This document shows, in pieces, positions 1 through 10,086 of a stretch of 64,000 bases of DNA (within the stretch, counting starts at the first letter, position 1; each line of letters opens with the position of its first letter). A program made the translations under genes and the position numbers. The stretch covers positions 24,700-88,699 of IMG/VR virus record IMGVR_UViG_3300045988_176129; one strand, 5' to 3'. Below the pieces are notes generated by a model. It made no database searches. It worked only from the letters and a program-made list of their open reading frames with translations, and was not told the origin of the DNA. This stretch comes from a virus.

Positions 1-234
1 CATCTTCTAGTTCAAACAGCTTATCATTCATAGAGTCCAACTCGCCATCACTATCACAAGCCGCATTAAACAAATCTCCTAATCCAACTTTATAAGCTAA
101 CCTTATATTCTTTTTTAAATACTTAATATAGTATTTTATAAATGCGGCAGCTGCCTCTTTATTCTCACCCTTATCTAAATCACAAAATGCCATTTCTAAC
201 AAATCATCTATATCTCTTTTAACTGTTGTAATCA

Positions 235-525
235 TTAATATACCCCCACTTCCTTCGCTAAATCAAATATTCTACTATAAACTAAATTCCTATCACTTTT
301 ATTAGATACGCTATCATCTACTACTTTAAGCATATCTTTCATAGCTTTATAATAAAGCTCTTGTTCCTGATCGCTATATTCTCTTTTATAAGATATATCT
401 AAAGTCTTATTAAAAGGAATTCCATCACATAAATATTTTTTTATCTTACCTACTTGTGCAACAACTGCACTATCAGTAAGCTTTTCATCTTCAAGAGTTA
501 AATTTATTTTTACTTTATACTTCAT
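235..525 (-). CDS. hypothetical phage protein
   Basis: Intact ORF, part of a co-directional minus-strand gene block with short intergenic gaps. Confidence 0.5.
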   Translation of the reverse strand: MKYKVKINLTLEDEKLTDSAVVAQVGKIKKYLCDGIPFNKTLDISYKREYSDQEQELYYKAMKDMLKVVDDSVSNKSDRNLVYSRIFDLAKEVGVY

Positions 526-534
526 ATAGCCCTC

Positions 535-909
535 CTACTTATCTGTTCCTAACTTTGCATAATTCCATAGTGTCTTTGAATTAGCGGTAAAACTTGCTTT
601 TCCATAATCCCAAGCATAAATACTTCCATTTGAATATCCCGCAAAATATCTTGGTATCCATTCATCATCCTGATGCGCCTTAACATAAATAGGAGTATCA
701 ATCTTTACTTTTGACCAATCAACCACTGGTCGATATTCAGATTCTAGCCATGCTTTTTTAGTACCCTTTTTCCAACATTCAACATCATTAAAAATACAAT
801 CCTTACAATCAAAAGTTTCAGTAAGTTTACAATTAATAACTTCGCCAGTCTTTCTATTTACTCCTATCTCTTTCATAATCCCATCTATATAATAATCATA
901 ATTTGTCAT
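535..909 (-). CDS. hypothetical protein
   Basis: Intact ORF, abuts neighbouring genes. Confidence 0.5.
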   Translation of the reverse strand: MTNYDYYIDGIMKEIGVNRKTGEVINCKLTETFDCKDCIFNDVECWKKGTKKAWLESEYRPVVDWSKVKIDTPIYVKAHQDDEWIPRYFAGYSNGSIYAWDYGKASFTANSKTLWNYAKLGTDK

Positions 910-1378
910 GCTTTTTACCTCCTACACATACAAGAATTTCAATATCTTCATCCGCAAAAATTTCTTTAATCATCGCGGAGACCCTGTCCCACTGTAATCT
1001 ATCTAATCCGCATCCTATAAGTGGCATTGCAATCTTCTTAATCTTACTACGTCGGCATTTAATTCTCATTAATACCAAAGCATCACAAAGACTATTATAA
1101 GTAGGTTTTTCATAATATCTTCCTTTTGTTACAAGGTTTATTACTCTTCCTGTTACTATGCACGACATAATACAATGTAAATTAGAATAACGCATCCACT
1201 CTTCATAAAAATCAGAGTTCTCTTTTTTCAACTCTTCTCTTATATTAAATCTTCTATCTATCTCTTTAGTAATGCCTGCGCCCAAAGCAAAATCTGCACT
1301 TATGCAATGCGCAATATAATAACTATCGTCTACAGAAAATAAATTCCTTTTCTCTTCTTTATATATCATATATATCAC
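896..1378 (-). CDS. macro domain (ADP-ribose binding/processing) protein
   Basis: Motifs HCISADFALGAGI and IAMPLIGCGL-DRLQW resemble the macro domain Gly-rich loop and the IAFPxISTGxYG motif. Confidence 0.6.
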   Translation of the reverse strand: MIYMIYKEEKRNLFSVDDSYYIAHCISADFALGAGITKEIDRRFNIREELKKENSDFYEEWMRYSNLHCIMSCIVTGRVINLVTKGRYYEKPTYNSLCDALVLMRIKCRRSKIKKIAMPLIGCGLDRLQWDRVSAMIKEIFADEDIEILVCVGGKKHDKL

Positions 1379-1593
1379 CCCTTTATATTAAGTTCACAAT
1401 CTAATTTAACTACAAAAGTACCATCATCAATATGATTTAATATATTTTGAGTTAAATTAAAAACATTGTAATATTTATTGTATTCACCACTTACTGCCTT
1501 TATATAAATTATTTCTTTAAACTCAAATACATCACCTGGAACTAAATCTTTAAATTTCCATACATCTAATGGTCTTTCATCATTAATTGTCAT
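1375..1593 (-). CDS. hypothetical protein
   Basis: ORF with 4-nt overlap to the downstream gene. Confidence 0.5.
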   Translation of the reverse strand: MTINDERPLDVWKFKDLVPGDVFEFKEIIYIKAVSGEYNKYYNVFNLTQNILNHIDDGTFVVKLDCELNIKG

Positions 1594-1776
1594 ATCCTAT
1601 CTCTCCTTTCCAATAGCAACCCCATCGAATTTCTTTTTCTCTTATTTTATATAAATATTATATCATAAAAATAAAAAAGTATCAACTTATAGCGTCATTA
1701 AAACCGTCTTTTATTGCATTTTCCCGAGTTTTATTGACTTTTTAAAATCTTTATAAGTTGATACTTTTTAATAAAT

Positions 1777-2001
1777 CTAATCTTTTGTTTTTATACGTAA
1801 ATCCGCATTAATCTTATTTACCATATAAAAATCTTCAAAATCATATAATTTTCCATCTGACAAAGAAACAGCATTCTTTTTAAGCTTTTCTCCTTCTATC
1901 TTCATATAGTATATTCCATCATTATTATAAACAAAGACCTCTCCAAGGCTTAAATCTACAAAAGGATGTCTTCTATCTTTAATTTCTATTGATATTTTCA
2001 T
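1777..2001 (-). CDS. hypothetical protein
   Basis: ORF in co-directional block. Confidence 0.45.
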   Translation of the reverse strand: MKISIEIKDRRHPFVDLSLGEVFVYNNDGIYYMKIEGEKLKKNAVSLSDGKLYDFEDFYMVNKINADLRIKTKD

Positions 2002-2002
2002 T

Positions 2003-2302
2003 CTATCTCCTTTTAAAAACTTTTTTAAACTCTTCCTCTGTTAATTTTCTAAATAAAGTATAAGAATAGCGAGGCGGAGCTTCCTGGAATTTTCCATCTA
2101 CTAAATCAGCAAAGAAACCGTTTTTCCCGCTTATCTCAGCTTTCTTTGCTAATTCTAATAAAGTTCCTCCTCCAAGAGGATAATTTCTATAAAAGTTACA
2201 AAGAGCTTCATTATCTTTAGAATAAGCAGAATAAAAATTCTCTGGTGCTTTGATAAAAAACTTCTTTAAATCATTAATTGAATTAATCGACTTAGATTTC
2301 AT
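2003..2302 (-). CDS. hypothetical protein, paralog of the 2299-2607 gene
   Basis: Shares a C-terminal EAPPRYSY / EAEPRYVY motif with its neighbour. Confidence 0.5.
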   Translation of the reverse strand: MKSKSINSINDLKKFFIKAPENFYSAYSKDNEALCNFYRNYPLGGGTLLELAKKAEISGKNGFFADLVDGKFQEAPPRYSYTLFRKLTEEEFKKVFKRR

Positions 2303-2607
2303 TTAACAATACCTCCAAAAATTTCGTCATATTGCTCCTGTGTTAAACTACATTTAATATCATATACATAGCGCGGTTCAGCCTCCTCGATTCTCCCATT
2401 ATTAATGCCAATATAGTAATATTGTTCACCGCGAGCTTCCGCCTCATCTCTTATCTTGTCTATATCCCCCTCATATTGAGAAAGATAACCAAAAGACGAC
2501 TTAAATGCTCGCTTCCAACTTACCTTCTTTCCATTTATATAAATAGAAAGCCTATTTATACATCTTTTAGATATATACTTATCTCGAAATTCACTAAGAT
2601 TATCCAT
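2299..2607 (-). CDS. hypothetical protein, paralog of the 2003-2302 gene
   Basis: Tandem paralog with start/stop overlap. Confidence 0.5.
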   Translation of the reverse strand: MDNLSEFRDKYISKRCINRLSIYINGKKVSWKRAFKSSFGYLSQYEGDIDKIRDEAEARGEQYYYIGINNGRIEEAEPRYVYDIKCSLTQEQYDEIFGGIVK

Positions 2608-2618
2608 ATATGTTCTCC

Positions 2619-3251
2619 TTATCTACGAACAGAGCCGTCATTATAAAAACTTATAGCATTATCGCCCTTGTTAGAGTCTTTATCTAATTCCATATAAGCT
2701 TTCAATCTATCTATATCATACTGTACATCTACATAATCAAAAGATTCCTGTATCCTATCAATTGCCGCAATACCTTCTTTTACTAACTTCAATTGCTGTT
2801 GTTTAATTATTCTATCTCTTGCGGAAGTCAGCGTTTTTCGCATTTCTTTTGATGTAGCTGCTGCTATTGCATTATTAATTATATCTATATTAATTTCAAG
2901 ATTATTATTCTTTTTATCTTTAATATAGTGACTTCTATATATTAGAATTATAACACCTATGACTATTAAATCAATAATCCAACCATACATATAAATATTA
3001 ATAAATTTCATTATCCTTATCCCTATTACCGCGAAACAGATTTCTCCTCCTGCAATCATTATATCAGTCATAATCCATCCAATTGAGAAGCCTCCAATCT
3101 CTTTATCGTCAAAGAAATCAATTTGCATAATTTTACATATATCACGGCTATATTTAGATTCCAAAAATTTATTGTATATTATTGTAATAATACTTAAATA
3201 AATGGGAATAGCGTATATCCCGTGAAAAAATACAAGAGCTTTAGCAACCAT
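2619..3251 (-). CDS. membrane protein
   Basis: Several hydrophobic segments followed by a C-terminal coiled-coil-like region. Confidence 0.5.
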   Translation of the reverse strand: MVAKALVFFHGIYAIPIYLSIITIIYNKFLESKYSRDICKIMQIDFFDDKEIGGFSIGWIMTDIMIAGGEICFAVIGIRIMKFINIYMYGWIIDLIVIGVIILIYRSHYIKDKKNNNLEINIDIINNAIAAATSKEMRKTLTSARDRIIKQQQLKLVKEGIAAIDRIQESFDYVDVQYDIDRLKAYMELDKDSNKGDNAISFYNDGSVRR

Positions 3252-3266
3252 TCCTTAATATACCCC

Positions 3267-3767
3267 CTAACAATCAAGATAATATATAATATAATAATCT
3301 TCTATTGGATTATCCGTTATAATATTAGAAATAATATTTTTATCAGGATTATATATATTCTCATATACCATAAACGTATATAATTCTGGATGCTCAATAG
3401 CTTCTACATTGGTTATTACTTCATCCTCATCTGGAACATAACCCTTATTTTCAATTAGCCACTTATCGTACTCAGTAAAATATCCAGCTCTAATTTGAGG
3501 CTTATATTGAAGAAACCAATCAACATAATCTTTTAACTTCATATAATAAAAATTATAATAGCAATCTTTAATATGGGCATCTTCAATCTTCTTTGGTATC
3601 TTTATATCTTTTGGCAATCCATAGTGAGCTGGATAATGCTTATATTCAGGATCAGCGCCCTTTTCAGTTATATTATCAAACCAGTGATAATTTCTTTCAT
3701 CATAAAGATTGTCATTTATTATATTACCTTTATTATCAATAAGATACATATGTATATCTGCTCCCAT
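3267..3767 (-). CDS. hypothetical protein
   Basis: Intact ORF. Confidence 0.5.
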   Translation of the reverse strand: MGADIHMYLIDNKGNIINDNLYDERNYHWFDNITEKGADPEYKHYPAHYGLPKDIKIPKKIEDAHIKDCYYNFYYMKLKDYVDWFLQYKPQIRAGYFTEYDKWLIENKGYVPDEDEVITNVEAIEHPELYTFMVYENIYNPDKNIISNIITDNPIEDYYIIYYLDC

Positions 3768-3770
3768 GAT

Positions 3771-4193
3771 TTATGCCTCCTTTGTTTTTTTTGCAGTTAC
3801 AACCTTGGTTACCTTTGTACGATTATCGTCATACTTATGCGGATATAATTCTTCACAATTTATAGCGTCTGTAATTTCATACATCTGCATATCTCTATTT
3901 ACTAAAAAATTTCTATCAAATAAATTAGAATATTCATATTCCTCGTCATTTGAGTCAAGATAAAAATATGAATTATAAGCTATGTCATTATATAAAAGAA
4001 AACACTCCTTTTCATCCATTAATGTACGAATTGTCTTTAACTCCTCTAACCTTTCTTCTAAATCAGCAATCTTAGAATTTAATAAATCATCAAATTCTTC
4101 TCTAAGCTGTATTTTTATTTCTGGCTTTATATTTTTTGAACTTCTAAATGTCCCACTTGCTAAATCAAATTTTGTTAATGCACTCTTACTCAT
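3771..4193 (-). CDS. hypothetical coiled-coil protein
   Basis: Intact ORF. Confidence 0.5.
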   Translation of the reverse strand: MSKSALTKFDLASGTFRSSKNIKPEIKIQLREEFDDLLNSKIADLEERLEELKTIRTLMDEKECFLLYNDIAYNSYFYLDSNDEEYEYSNLFDRNFLVNRDMQMYEITDAINCEELYPHKYDDNRTKVTKVVTAKKTKEA

Positions 4194-4264
4194 AACTCAT
4201 ACCCTCTTTCTTCATTTTGTATATATATTATATTATAATTTTTATAAAATATCAATAGGGAGAG

Positions 4265-4642
4265 TTATTCCTCTCCCTTAATGTGCGCGATTGCAGCTTC
4301 TATGCTTCCATCATTCTTAGCTGTTATCGTCAGATAATCTCTAACATCAGATTCCGACCATCCACTTTCCGCGCTTAATGTAATACATTGCTTATCGCTT
4401 ATTCCAAAATCATGTGCTTCTTCTCTCAATCTTATATTTATCGAAAAAATTAACCAAGCAATAGCTATAAATACCATGGCTATTGTTTTTAAACAAGCAT
4501 TTCTATAGAAGGCTGCCTTTTTTTCATTCTTTGATTTTTCTGCTCTTGCAATGTCTATATATATAGAAAGAGGTACAATAGCAACAGCCAATGAAAAAAT
4601 AATATACATTATCCACATCCAAATCCCTGTAGCATTCCACAT
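4265..4642 (-). CDS. membrane protein
   Basis: Two N-terminal transmembrane-like segments. Confidence 0.5.
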   Translation of the reverse strand: MWNATGIWMWIMYIIFSLAVAIVPLSIYIDIARAEKSKNEKKAAFYRNACLKTIAMVFIAIAWLIFSINIRLREEAHDFGISDKQCITLSAESGWSESDVRDYLTITAKNDGSIEAAIAHIKGEE

Positions 4643-4643
4643 A

Positions 4644-4838
4644 TTATTCGTACCTCATTTCCCTTTTATTTATTTTATCCATCTTTCTGCGGCGGTTATC
4701 AGTTCTTGCAGGCTTTCCGCCAGGTAATTTACGGTAAGTTTTACAATGCTGGCAAGCCGCATAAAAAGTTCCTTCTTTACCAAGATCACAATTACCCTCT
4801 GCCTTATAATGCAAGCAAGCTATTTCTCTATTCTTCAT
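4644..4838 (-). CDS. small zinc-ribbon-like protein
   Basis: Cys pairs CLHYKAEGNC and CQHC. Confidence 0.45.
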   Translation of the reverse strand: MKNREIACLHYKAEGNCDLGKEGTFYAACQHCKTYRKLPGGKPARTDNRRRKMDKINKREMRYE

Positions 4839-5044
4839 TATTTTACCTCCCCATACGCCAACATATGCAATAAAACAGTACCAATCATTGTAAATAAAAG
4901 AAAAATAATAGTTAAATAACTATAAAATGTTGTAGAATCTACATGTTTTTCTTCTTCTACTTTTGATGAAATGTGTCCTAGAATTATAGTTATCGCCCAC
5001 ATTACAACTGATAAAACCCATATAGCATATACCCATATTTTCAT
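4838..5044 (-). CDS. small membrane protein
   Basis: Hydrophobic ORF. Confidence 0.4.
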   Translation of the reverse strand: MKIWVYAIWVLSVVMWAITIILGHISSKVEEEKHVDSTTFYSYLTIIFLLFTMIGTVLLHMLAYGEVK

Positions 5045-5047
5045 TAT

Positions 5048-5278
5048 CTAGTCACACCTCCTTTTATAAATACAAAGGCATGGAGATCCATCTTCTATTG
5101 TATCAAGAAAAATGCCTTCTCCAATATCATCTGTATCAACAATCCCCTCTGCCATCTCCCATGGGCAGTTATATACCTCGCCTTTCCAAAGAACTTCCCA
5201 ATCTTCAGGTCCAACGTATTCTAAAATCTTAATATAAGCATAGGTATCAAGATTCTTTAATAATTTTCTAATCTTCAT
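5048..5278 (-). CDS. hypothetical protein
   Basis: Intact ORF. Confidence 0.45.
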   Translation of the reverse strand: MKIRKLLKNLDTYAYIKILEYVGPEDWEVLWKGEVYNCPWEMAEGIVDTDDIGEGIFLDTIEDGSPCLCIYKRRCD

Positions 5279-6017
5279 AATCTTCCTCCCATCCCCACTG
5301 ATAGATAAAACCTGAATAATCTATCAAAACTGGCTTTCCTTTTATATAACCAATATTTGCCTCGTGTAAGTCATTGTTATAACTAGCATCTATTAAAAAA
5401 TCAAAAAACTTTATAGTTTCTTCAGTGCCAATCGCGCCAATTAAATCTGCTATCCATCTATCTGGAATACAATTAAAGTATTCATCAAAATTAAAAAAAC
5501 TTGAAGTTACATTTTTTACTAAGGCGATTTCTTCTTTTGTCCTTAAAGCGTCACCGTCAAAAGCGTCATAATAAATTATTGCTTTTTCCTGTATATAAAT
5601 AGGAATATTGTTGTCTATATTTCCATAATAATATTCTTTTGCTATTAAGTTCCCATAGCCTTTTTTACAAATATCATAACATCTATCTACTTCAATTGCA
5701 CAAAAATCATCATGTCCTTCCGGATCGAACCTTGAAAAAGATTCATAATCTTCATTTATCTTTTCATCATAATCATTATTGATAAAATGAGCATCATATA
5801 TTCCCAGAATAGGAATTTTATATACATAATTAGTATTTGTATTAATTGGAATAAGGGCTACCTTAGTTGCGCCTACCCCTATCTCAAAATTTGAAGTAAT
5901 TTCCTCATCCTTATAAAGCCAATCAAAATCGTCCACACAATCAATAGAAGGATTTTCTCTTTTAAAACATTTCTTTATTATAGATATATATTTTTTCTGC
6001 TCTTCATTAATATTCAT
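5268..6017 (-). CDS. hypothetical protein
   Basis: 249-aa ORF. Confidence 0.55.
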   Translation of the reverse strand: MNINEEQKKYISIIKKCFKRENPSIDCVDDFDWLYKDEEITSNFEIGVGATKVALIPINTNTNYVYKIPILGIYDAHFINNDYDEKINEDYESFSRFDPEGHDDFCAIEVDRCYDICKKGYGNLIAKEYYYGNIDNNIPIYIQEKAIIYYDAFDGDALRTKEEIALVKNVTSSFFNFDEYFNCIPDRWIADLIGAIGTEETIKFFDFLIDASYNNDLHEANIGYIKGKPVLIDYSGFIYQWGWEEDYED

Positions 6018-6087
6018 AAAACATCAATTCCTTTCATATCTTATAAATATATTATATAATATTTTAATAAAAATGTCAATAGAGAAA

Positions 6088-6654
6088 TTACTTCCTTTTA
6101 CCTCTGGTAATTATTGTTTGGCGGCGACCCTTATAAACATCATGCTTTTTTACTGTAAAAGCAAGAGTAAAGTCATTTACATCTTCATCAAGCCACACAT
6201 CCGTAAACCAAATTAACACATTCTCACCAAGAGTAAAAGTGTAAGCGACTTTATCCCCATAATAAGAAGTATAACAGCTGCGGTTTTCGAGGTGTAAGGT
6301 TTCCGTATATCTCTGCCCCACTTTTCCATAGAAATCACTGTTTTTATGGGGTAACTCTGGTATAATGATTCGTGATACCGTGTCTTCCGCATGCTCTTTA
6401 ACTTCAACAGTTCCAATCATAGGATTAAAAAGGTAAACATCATTAAAATCCATTTCCGCAGGTATTAAAGGGTTTTCTGCCCCAAGATTGATTGCTGTCG
6501 GAGAGTGCCACTTTAATAATTTATCAAACTTAGCTCCCGCCGCCTTAAGCTGTTCTTTATAAGGATAGGTGTTTCCAATATAAAGAAAAGTCTTTAAGTC
6601 TTTATTAAAGCCATGATCTAATGCCCATTCCATCCTAGATGAATATTTCTTCAT
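6088..6654 (-). CDS. hypothetical protein
   Basis: 188-aa ORF. Confidence 0.55.
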   Translation of the reverse strand: MKKYSSRMEWALDHGFNKDLKTFLYIGNTYPYKEQLKAAGAKFDKLLKWHSPTAINLGAENPLIPAEMDFNDVYLFNPMIGTVEVKEHAEDTVSRIIIPELPHKNSDFYGKVGQRYTETLHLENRSCYTSYYGDKVAYTFTLGENVLIWFTDVWLDEDVNDFTLAFTVKKHDVYKGRRQTIITRGKRK

Positions 6655-6664
6655 ATTAAAACCC

Positions 6665-6847
6665 CTACCAATATTTTACTATTGTACCTATATTATACAT
6701 TTCTCCTATAGCTTTTGGTTTAGTAATCTGCTCTCCGCATTTAGTACACTGAACTATATATTTATTCTTATCTTTTTCACAAGCAATTATTTTTACTGAT
6801 TTATGTTTACAAAAAGCCTTTATTAAACTCATAATTAAGCACCCCAC
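6665..6847 (-). CDS. small zinc-ribbon protein
   Basis: CxxC pairs (CEKD...CTKCGEQ). Confidence 0.4.
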   Translation of the reverse strand: MGCLIMSLIKAFCKHKSVKIIACEKDKNKYIVQCTKCGEQITKPKAIGEMYNIGTIVKYW

Positions 6848-7155
6848 TCCATAATATACTTAGCCATAGTATTCTCAAGTCCCCAAATAGGAGGCTCTCC
6901 ACCTTCAATATCACTATAAAGAATTTCTGGATAAATTCTTTCTACTGCATCTCTAAGAGTTGCAAAGCTTGGACGAAAATAATGCGTCTTATACTGAATA
7001 ACAAGAGCTGAAAGCTCATATGGAGTAATGTCATCAATTCCAGCAATTTCATACCATTCGCTTACCTCTATTGACACATCTGCTTCTGTACCATCCAAAT
7101 GCTTTTCATCTAAATAATCCATAACCAATTTTGTTGCTCTTGTAATAACTTTCAT
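6835..7155 (-). CDS. hypothetical protein
   Basis: Intact ORF. Confidence 0.5.
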   Translation of the reverse strand: MKVITRATKLVMDYLDEKHLDGTEADVSIEVSEWYEIAGIDDITPYELSALVIQYKTHYFRPSFATLRDAVERIYPEILYSDIEGGEPPIWGLENTMAKYIMEWGA

Positions 7156-7158
7156 ATA

Positions 7159-7353
7159 TTAATCCACCTTTCTAACAAGCTTTTCAAGCTTTACTAAATA
7201 AGTTTCAAAATCATCTGTTTCTTTAGGGCAAAGAGTTTTATCTTTTAAGCCCAAATCATAAGAACAATATCCTGGATGTTCTCGGTTGCCCCACATACAT
7301 TCATTACTCTTATCACATTTTTTCATCTTTTCTCCTCTCTTTATCTTACACAT
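7159..7353 (-). CDS. hypothetical Cys-containing small protein
   Basis: First gene of the minus block, preceded by a divergent promoter region. Confidence 0.45.
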   Translation of the reverse strand: MCKIKRGEKMKKCDKSNECMWGNREHPGYCSYDLGLKDKTLCPKETDDFETYLVKLEKLVRKVD

Positions 7354-7557
7354 ATATTATATAATAAAAATAGAAATTTTTCAAGTCATGCGGCATTGCA
7401 GCTTCCGCGAATTTTCCATCAACTGAAAAACTTCCTTTTATATATATTATGCGCGTATAATAATATAATTTTTTATTTTTGTCAACATAATATTCCTTTT
7501 ATTGACAGAAAAAATTTTTTATGATATAATTTTTATAAAGGTAAAGGAGATATAAAT

Positions 7558-7815
7558 ATGGACAAATTGGAAATTCTTGAAAAAAGAATAAAAAATTTAG
7601 AAAATATCGCTCTTCAACAAGGAGAGCAAATAAAAAATATTATAGAAGCATTACAAGCAGAAAATACTTTTATGAAAAATCAAACTAATGTTAATAAACA
7701 GATAACAGAAGCAATACATGAAGCTTTTGTCGAAATTAATGAATTATCTACAAAAGTATCTTCATTAAATAATAAAAAAGAAAAGAGGAGCATGTATGAA
7801 ACCAGGAACCATTAA
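7558..7815 (+). CDS. hypothetical coiled-coil protein
   Basis: RBS aaaggagat upstream. Confidence 0.55.
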   Translation: MDKLEILEKRIKNLENIALQQGEQIKNIIEALQAENTFMKNQTNVNKQITEAIHEAFVEINELSTKVSSLNNKKEKRSMYETRNH

Positions 7816-8014
7816 TATGTCGATAGATTATTTTCAATATTTAATAGACCCATATCCAAAATGGTTTTTTGAAAAATTTAAAGATGTTCGAGAGATTCTA
7901 ATAAATGGAGAAAAATATTTATCATTTCCGCACGGGGAATTATGCGGAAAGGGCGATTATGTTCTTTCTATTGGTTCTTATATGATTCCTTTACGGCAGG
8001 AGGATTGCAAATAA
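7796..8014 (+). CDS. hypothetical protein
   Basis: ORF with RBS. Confidence 0.5.
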   Translation: MKPGTINMSIDYFQYLIDPYPKWFFEKFKDVREILINGEKYLSFPHGELCGKGDYVLSIGSYMIPLRQEDCK

Positions 8015-8244
8015 TGGAGCCTATAAAATTTAACGGAATTATTACTGAACCTCATGTTACAGAAGATGATAAAATAATAGCGACTTGGACTCAGCTCAGA
8101 AAAGGGGAAATTACTTTAAATAATGCTTTTCTTAATTTAAATAATGCTTTCTTTAATTGGGATTTATTAAAAGAGTTAGCAGAATTGAATAAGAATACAA
8201 AAGATAGAGATAGATACAAGGGGATGTTTAAAAATGAAAACTAA
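8014..8244 (+). CDS. hypothetical protein
   Basis: ATG overlaps the upstream stop (TAATG) with RBS aggagg; the longer 7942 start lacks an RBS. Confidence 0.5.
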   Translation: MEPIKFNGIITEPHVTEDDKIIATWTQLRKGEITLNNAFLNLNNAFFNWDLLKELAELNKNTKDRDRYKGMFKNEN

Positions 8245-8557
8245 GCATTATTTATTATATTCAGGCAATAAAGGAAATATAGATGCTCTTTTTGGTGCAT
8301 TAAAGATAGAATTTAAAAATGATATAAAAAGAATAACAAATGAAAATTTTAAGAAAGAAATATATATTGAACAAAATGGGATAATGTATATTTATACTTG
8401 GTATAGGGATTTGCGAGGACGACATTTTGAGGTTGGAGAGTTTGAAGCGGTTTATGTAGATGAATGTTTCTATAATACTAAATATTATTTTAATTTAATC
8501 AATATGAATGATTGGGTTACTCCAGAATCAATTTGTTCAGATATAAGATTTTTTTAG
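8234..8557 (+). CDS. hypothetical protein
   Basis: Intact ORF. Confidence 0.5.
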   Translation: MKTKHYLLYSGNKGNIDALFGALKIEFKNDIKRITNENFKKEIYIEQNGIMYIYTWYRDLRGRHFEVGEFEAVYVDECFYNTKYYFNLINMNDWVTPESICSDIRFF

Positions 8558-8565
8558 GAGAGATT

Positions 8566-8979
8566 ATGTATAAACAAATAATAATAGCAAGGAAAGATTT
8601 GAATATGAGTCCGGGAAAGCTTGCCGCTCAAGTATCACATGGATCAATGGTATTTCTTAGCTGGTTTATTAGAAATAATGCTGATTTAGATGGACATATA
8701 GATGCTTGGTTTGATGAAGGAATTCTTCACAATTGGATTGAGGGTGAGTTTACAAAATGTGTTCTTCAAGCTAAAAATAAGAACCAGTTGCTAAAAGCTA
8801 AAACTATGGCGGAAGGATTAGGGATGACAGAAGGAAAAGATTTTTGGTTGATAAAAGATAATTGCCACACAGAATTAGAACCGGAAGAAGATGGTAGGAC
8901 TCTTACTTGCATAGGTTTCCGCCCAATGGATAGTGAGATAATAGATAAAATAGGTAAAAAATATCATTTATATGTATAA
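8566..8979 (+). CDS. peptidyl-tRNA hydrolase, PTH2 family
   Basis: KQIIIARKDLNMSPGKLAAQVSHGS matches the PTH2 core (VVRTDLxMGKGKIAAQCSHA); start chosen at MYKQ with RBS aggaga. Confidence 0.7.
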   Translation: MYKQIIIARKDLNMSPGKLAAQVSHGSMVFLSWFIRNNADLDGHIDAWFDEGILHNWIEGEFTKCVLQAKNKNQLLKAKTMAEGLGMTEGKDFWLIKDNCHTELEPEEDGRTLTCIGFRPMDSEIIDKIGKKYHLYV

Positions 8980-9385
8980 GAGGGTTTATATTATGAATAA
9001 AAATGTAGAAACTACATGTTATATAGCAAGAGCTATTGATAAAGGTGTTGCATATCTTGGATTAAAAGAAAATGAATATTATACCTTATTTCCTTGCGGC
9101 GATGATGCTTGGATGGTCTATAGACATGGAAAATATATAGGAACTGGCAAGACTTGTTATTTTGAAATTCTATCTTTTAGACTAATGAATAGACCAGTTT
9201 TTAATATTGGGGATGATGTCGCCGCAGAAATAATATTAGATGATTTATCTTTTAAATGGATTAAAGGAATTATTAAAGACATAGAAATATCCAATGTTTT
9301 TGATTCTTATTATTATACTATTGAAGATAAAGAAAATAATGAAATATATGATAATATATGGGAAGATAATATCAAGTTCACATAG
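8972..9385 (+). CDS. hypothetical protein
   Basis: Intact ORF. Confidence 0.5.
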   Translation: MYKRVYIMNKNVETTCYIARAIDKGVAYLGLKENEYYTLFPCGDDAWMVYRHGKYIGTGKTCYFEILSFRLMNRPVFNIGDDVAAEIILDDLSFKWIKGIIKDIEISNVFDSYYYTIEDKENNEIYDNIWEDNIKFT

Positions 9386-9414
9386 AATTACCTATTGACT
9401 TTTCTTTAAAAATT

Positions 9415-9696
9415 TTGTATAATATATACATAATAAAAAGAAAGGAAATGATGAATATGTTTGATGTAGGTAGCCCATATCATATGTATATGATGGAAAA
9501 GGAAGGTATGCTTGATACGCACGCTTCAAAAGTAAATAAACTTATTGAAACATTTAACAGATTGGTGGCATATGGACACGATATTAATGATTCAGAAGTT
9601 CAGGAATATGCTTTTCAGGAATGCGGCATTAGTTATGAAGAACTTTCTGACAGAGACCTTCATAGAATAAAGTCAGCAATTGAAAATTCTTATTAA
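9415..9696 (+). CDS. hypothetical protein
   Basis: Intact ORF; the start may be at the internal MMNMF. Confidence 0.45.
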   Translation: MYNIYIIKRKEMMNMFDVGSPYHMYMMEKEGMLDTHASKVNKLIETFNRLVAYGHDINDSEVQEYAFQECGISYEELSDRDLHRIKSAIENSY

Positions 9697-10086
9697 AAAG
9701 TTTGACTTTTGAAAAAATTTTTGTTATAATAATTATACAAAGTTAAGGAACACAAAGTTCTCTTAACAGGAAAACCAGACCCCGCGGGGAATAAACGGAG
9801 TGACCTGTGAGCGATCAGGGGATAATGACCAGAACATTAAAGATATTACTACTCATGCTTCACTTTTAAAAGAAGGTATACCGGGTGCGGTTTATGGAGA
9901 ACTATTAAAGTTGCAACTTATCCAAAAGAAAAAATCTCCTTTTGGCGAAATCCAAAAGAAAAACTAGCTAGGTTAAATGATAGTATAGAAAACCTAGCAA
10001 TTGTCAAGATATAAATAAATGCATTGACATTTTAAAAAAATTATAGTATAATAAATATATAAAAGAGAGAAAAGGAGAAATGCGCT

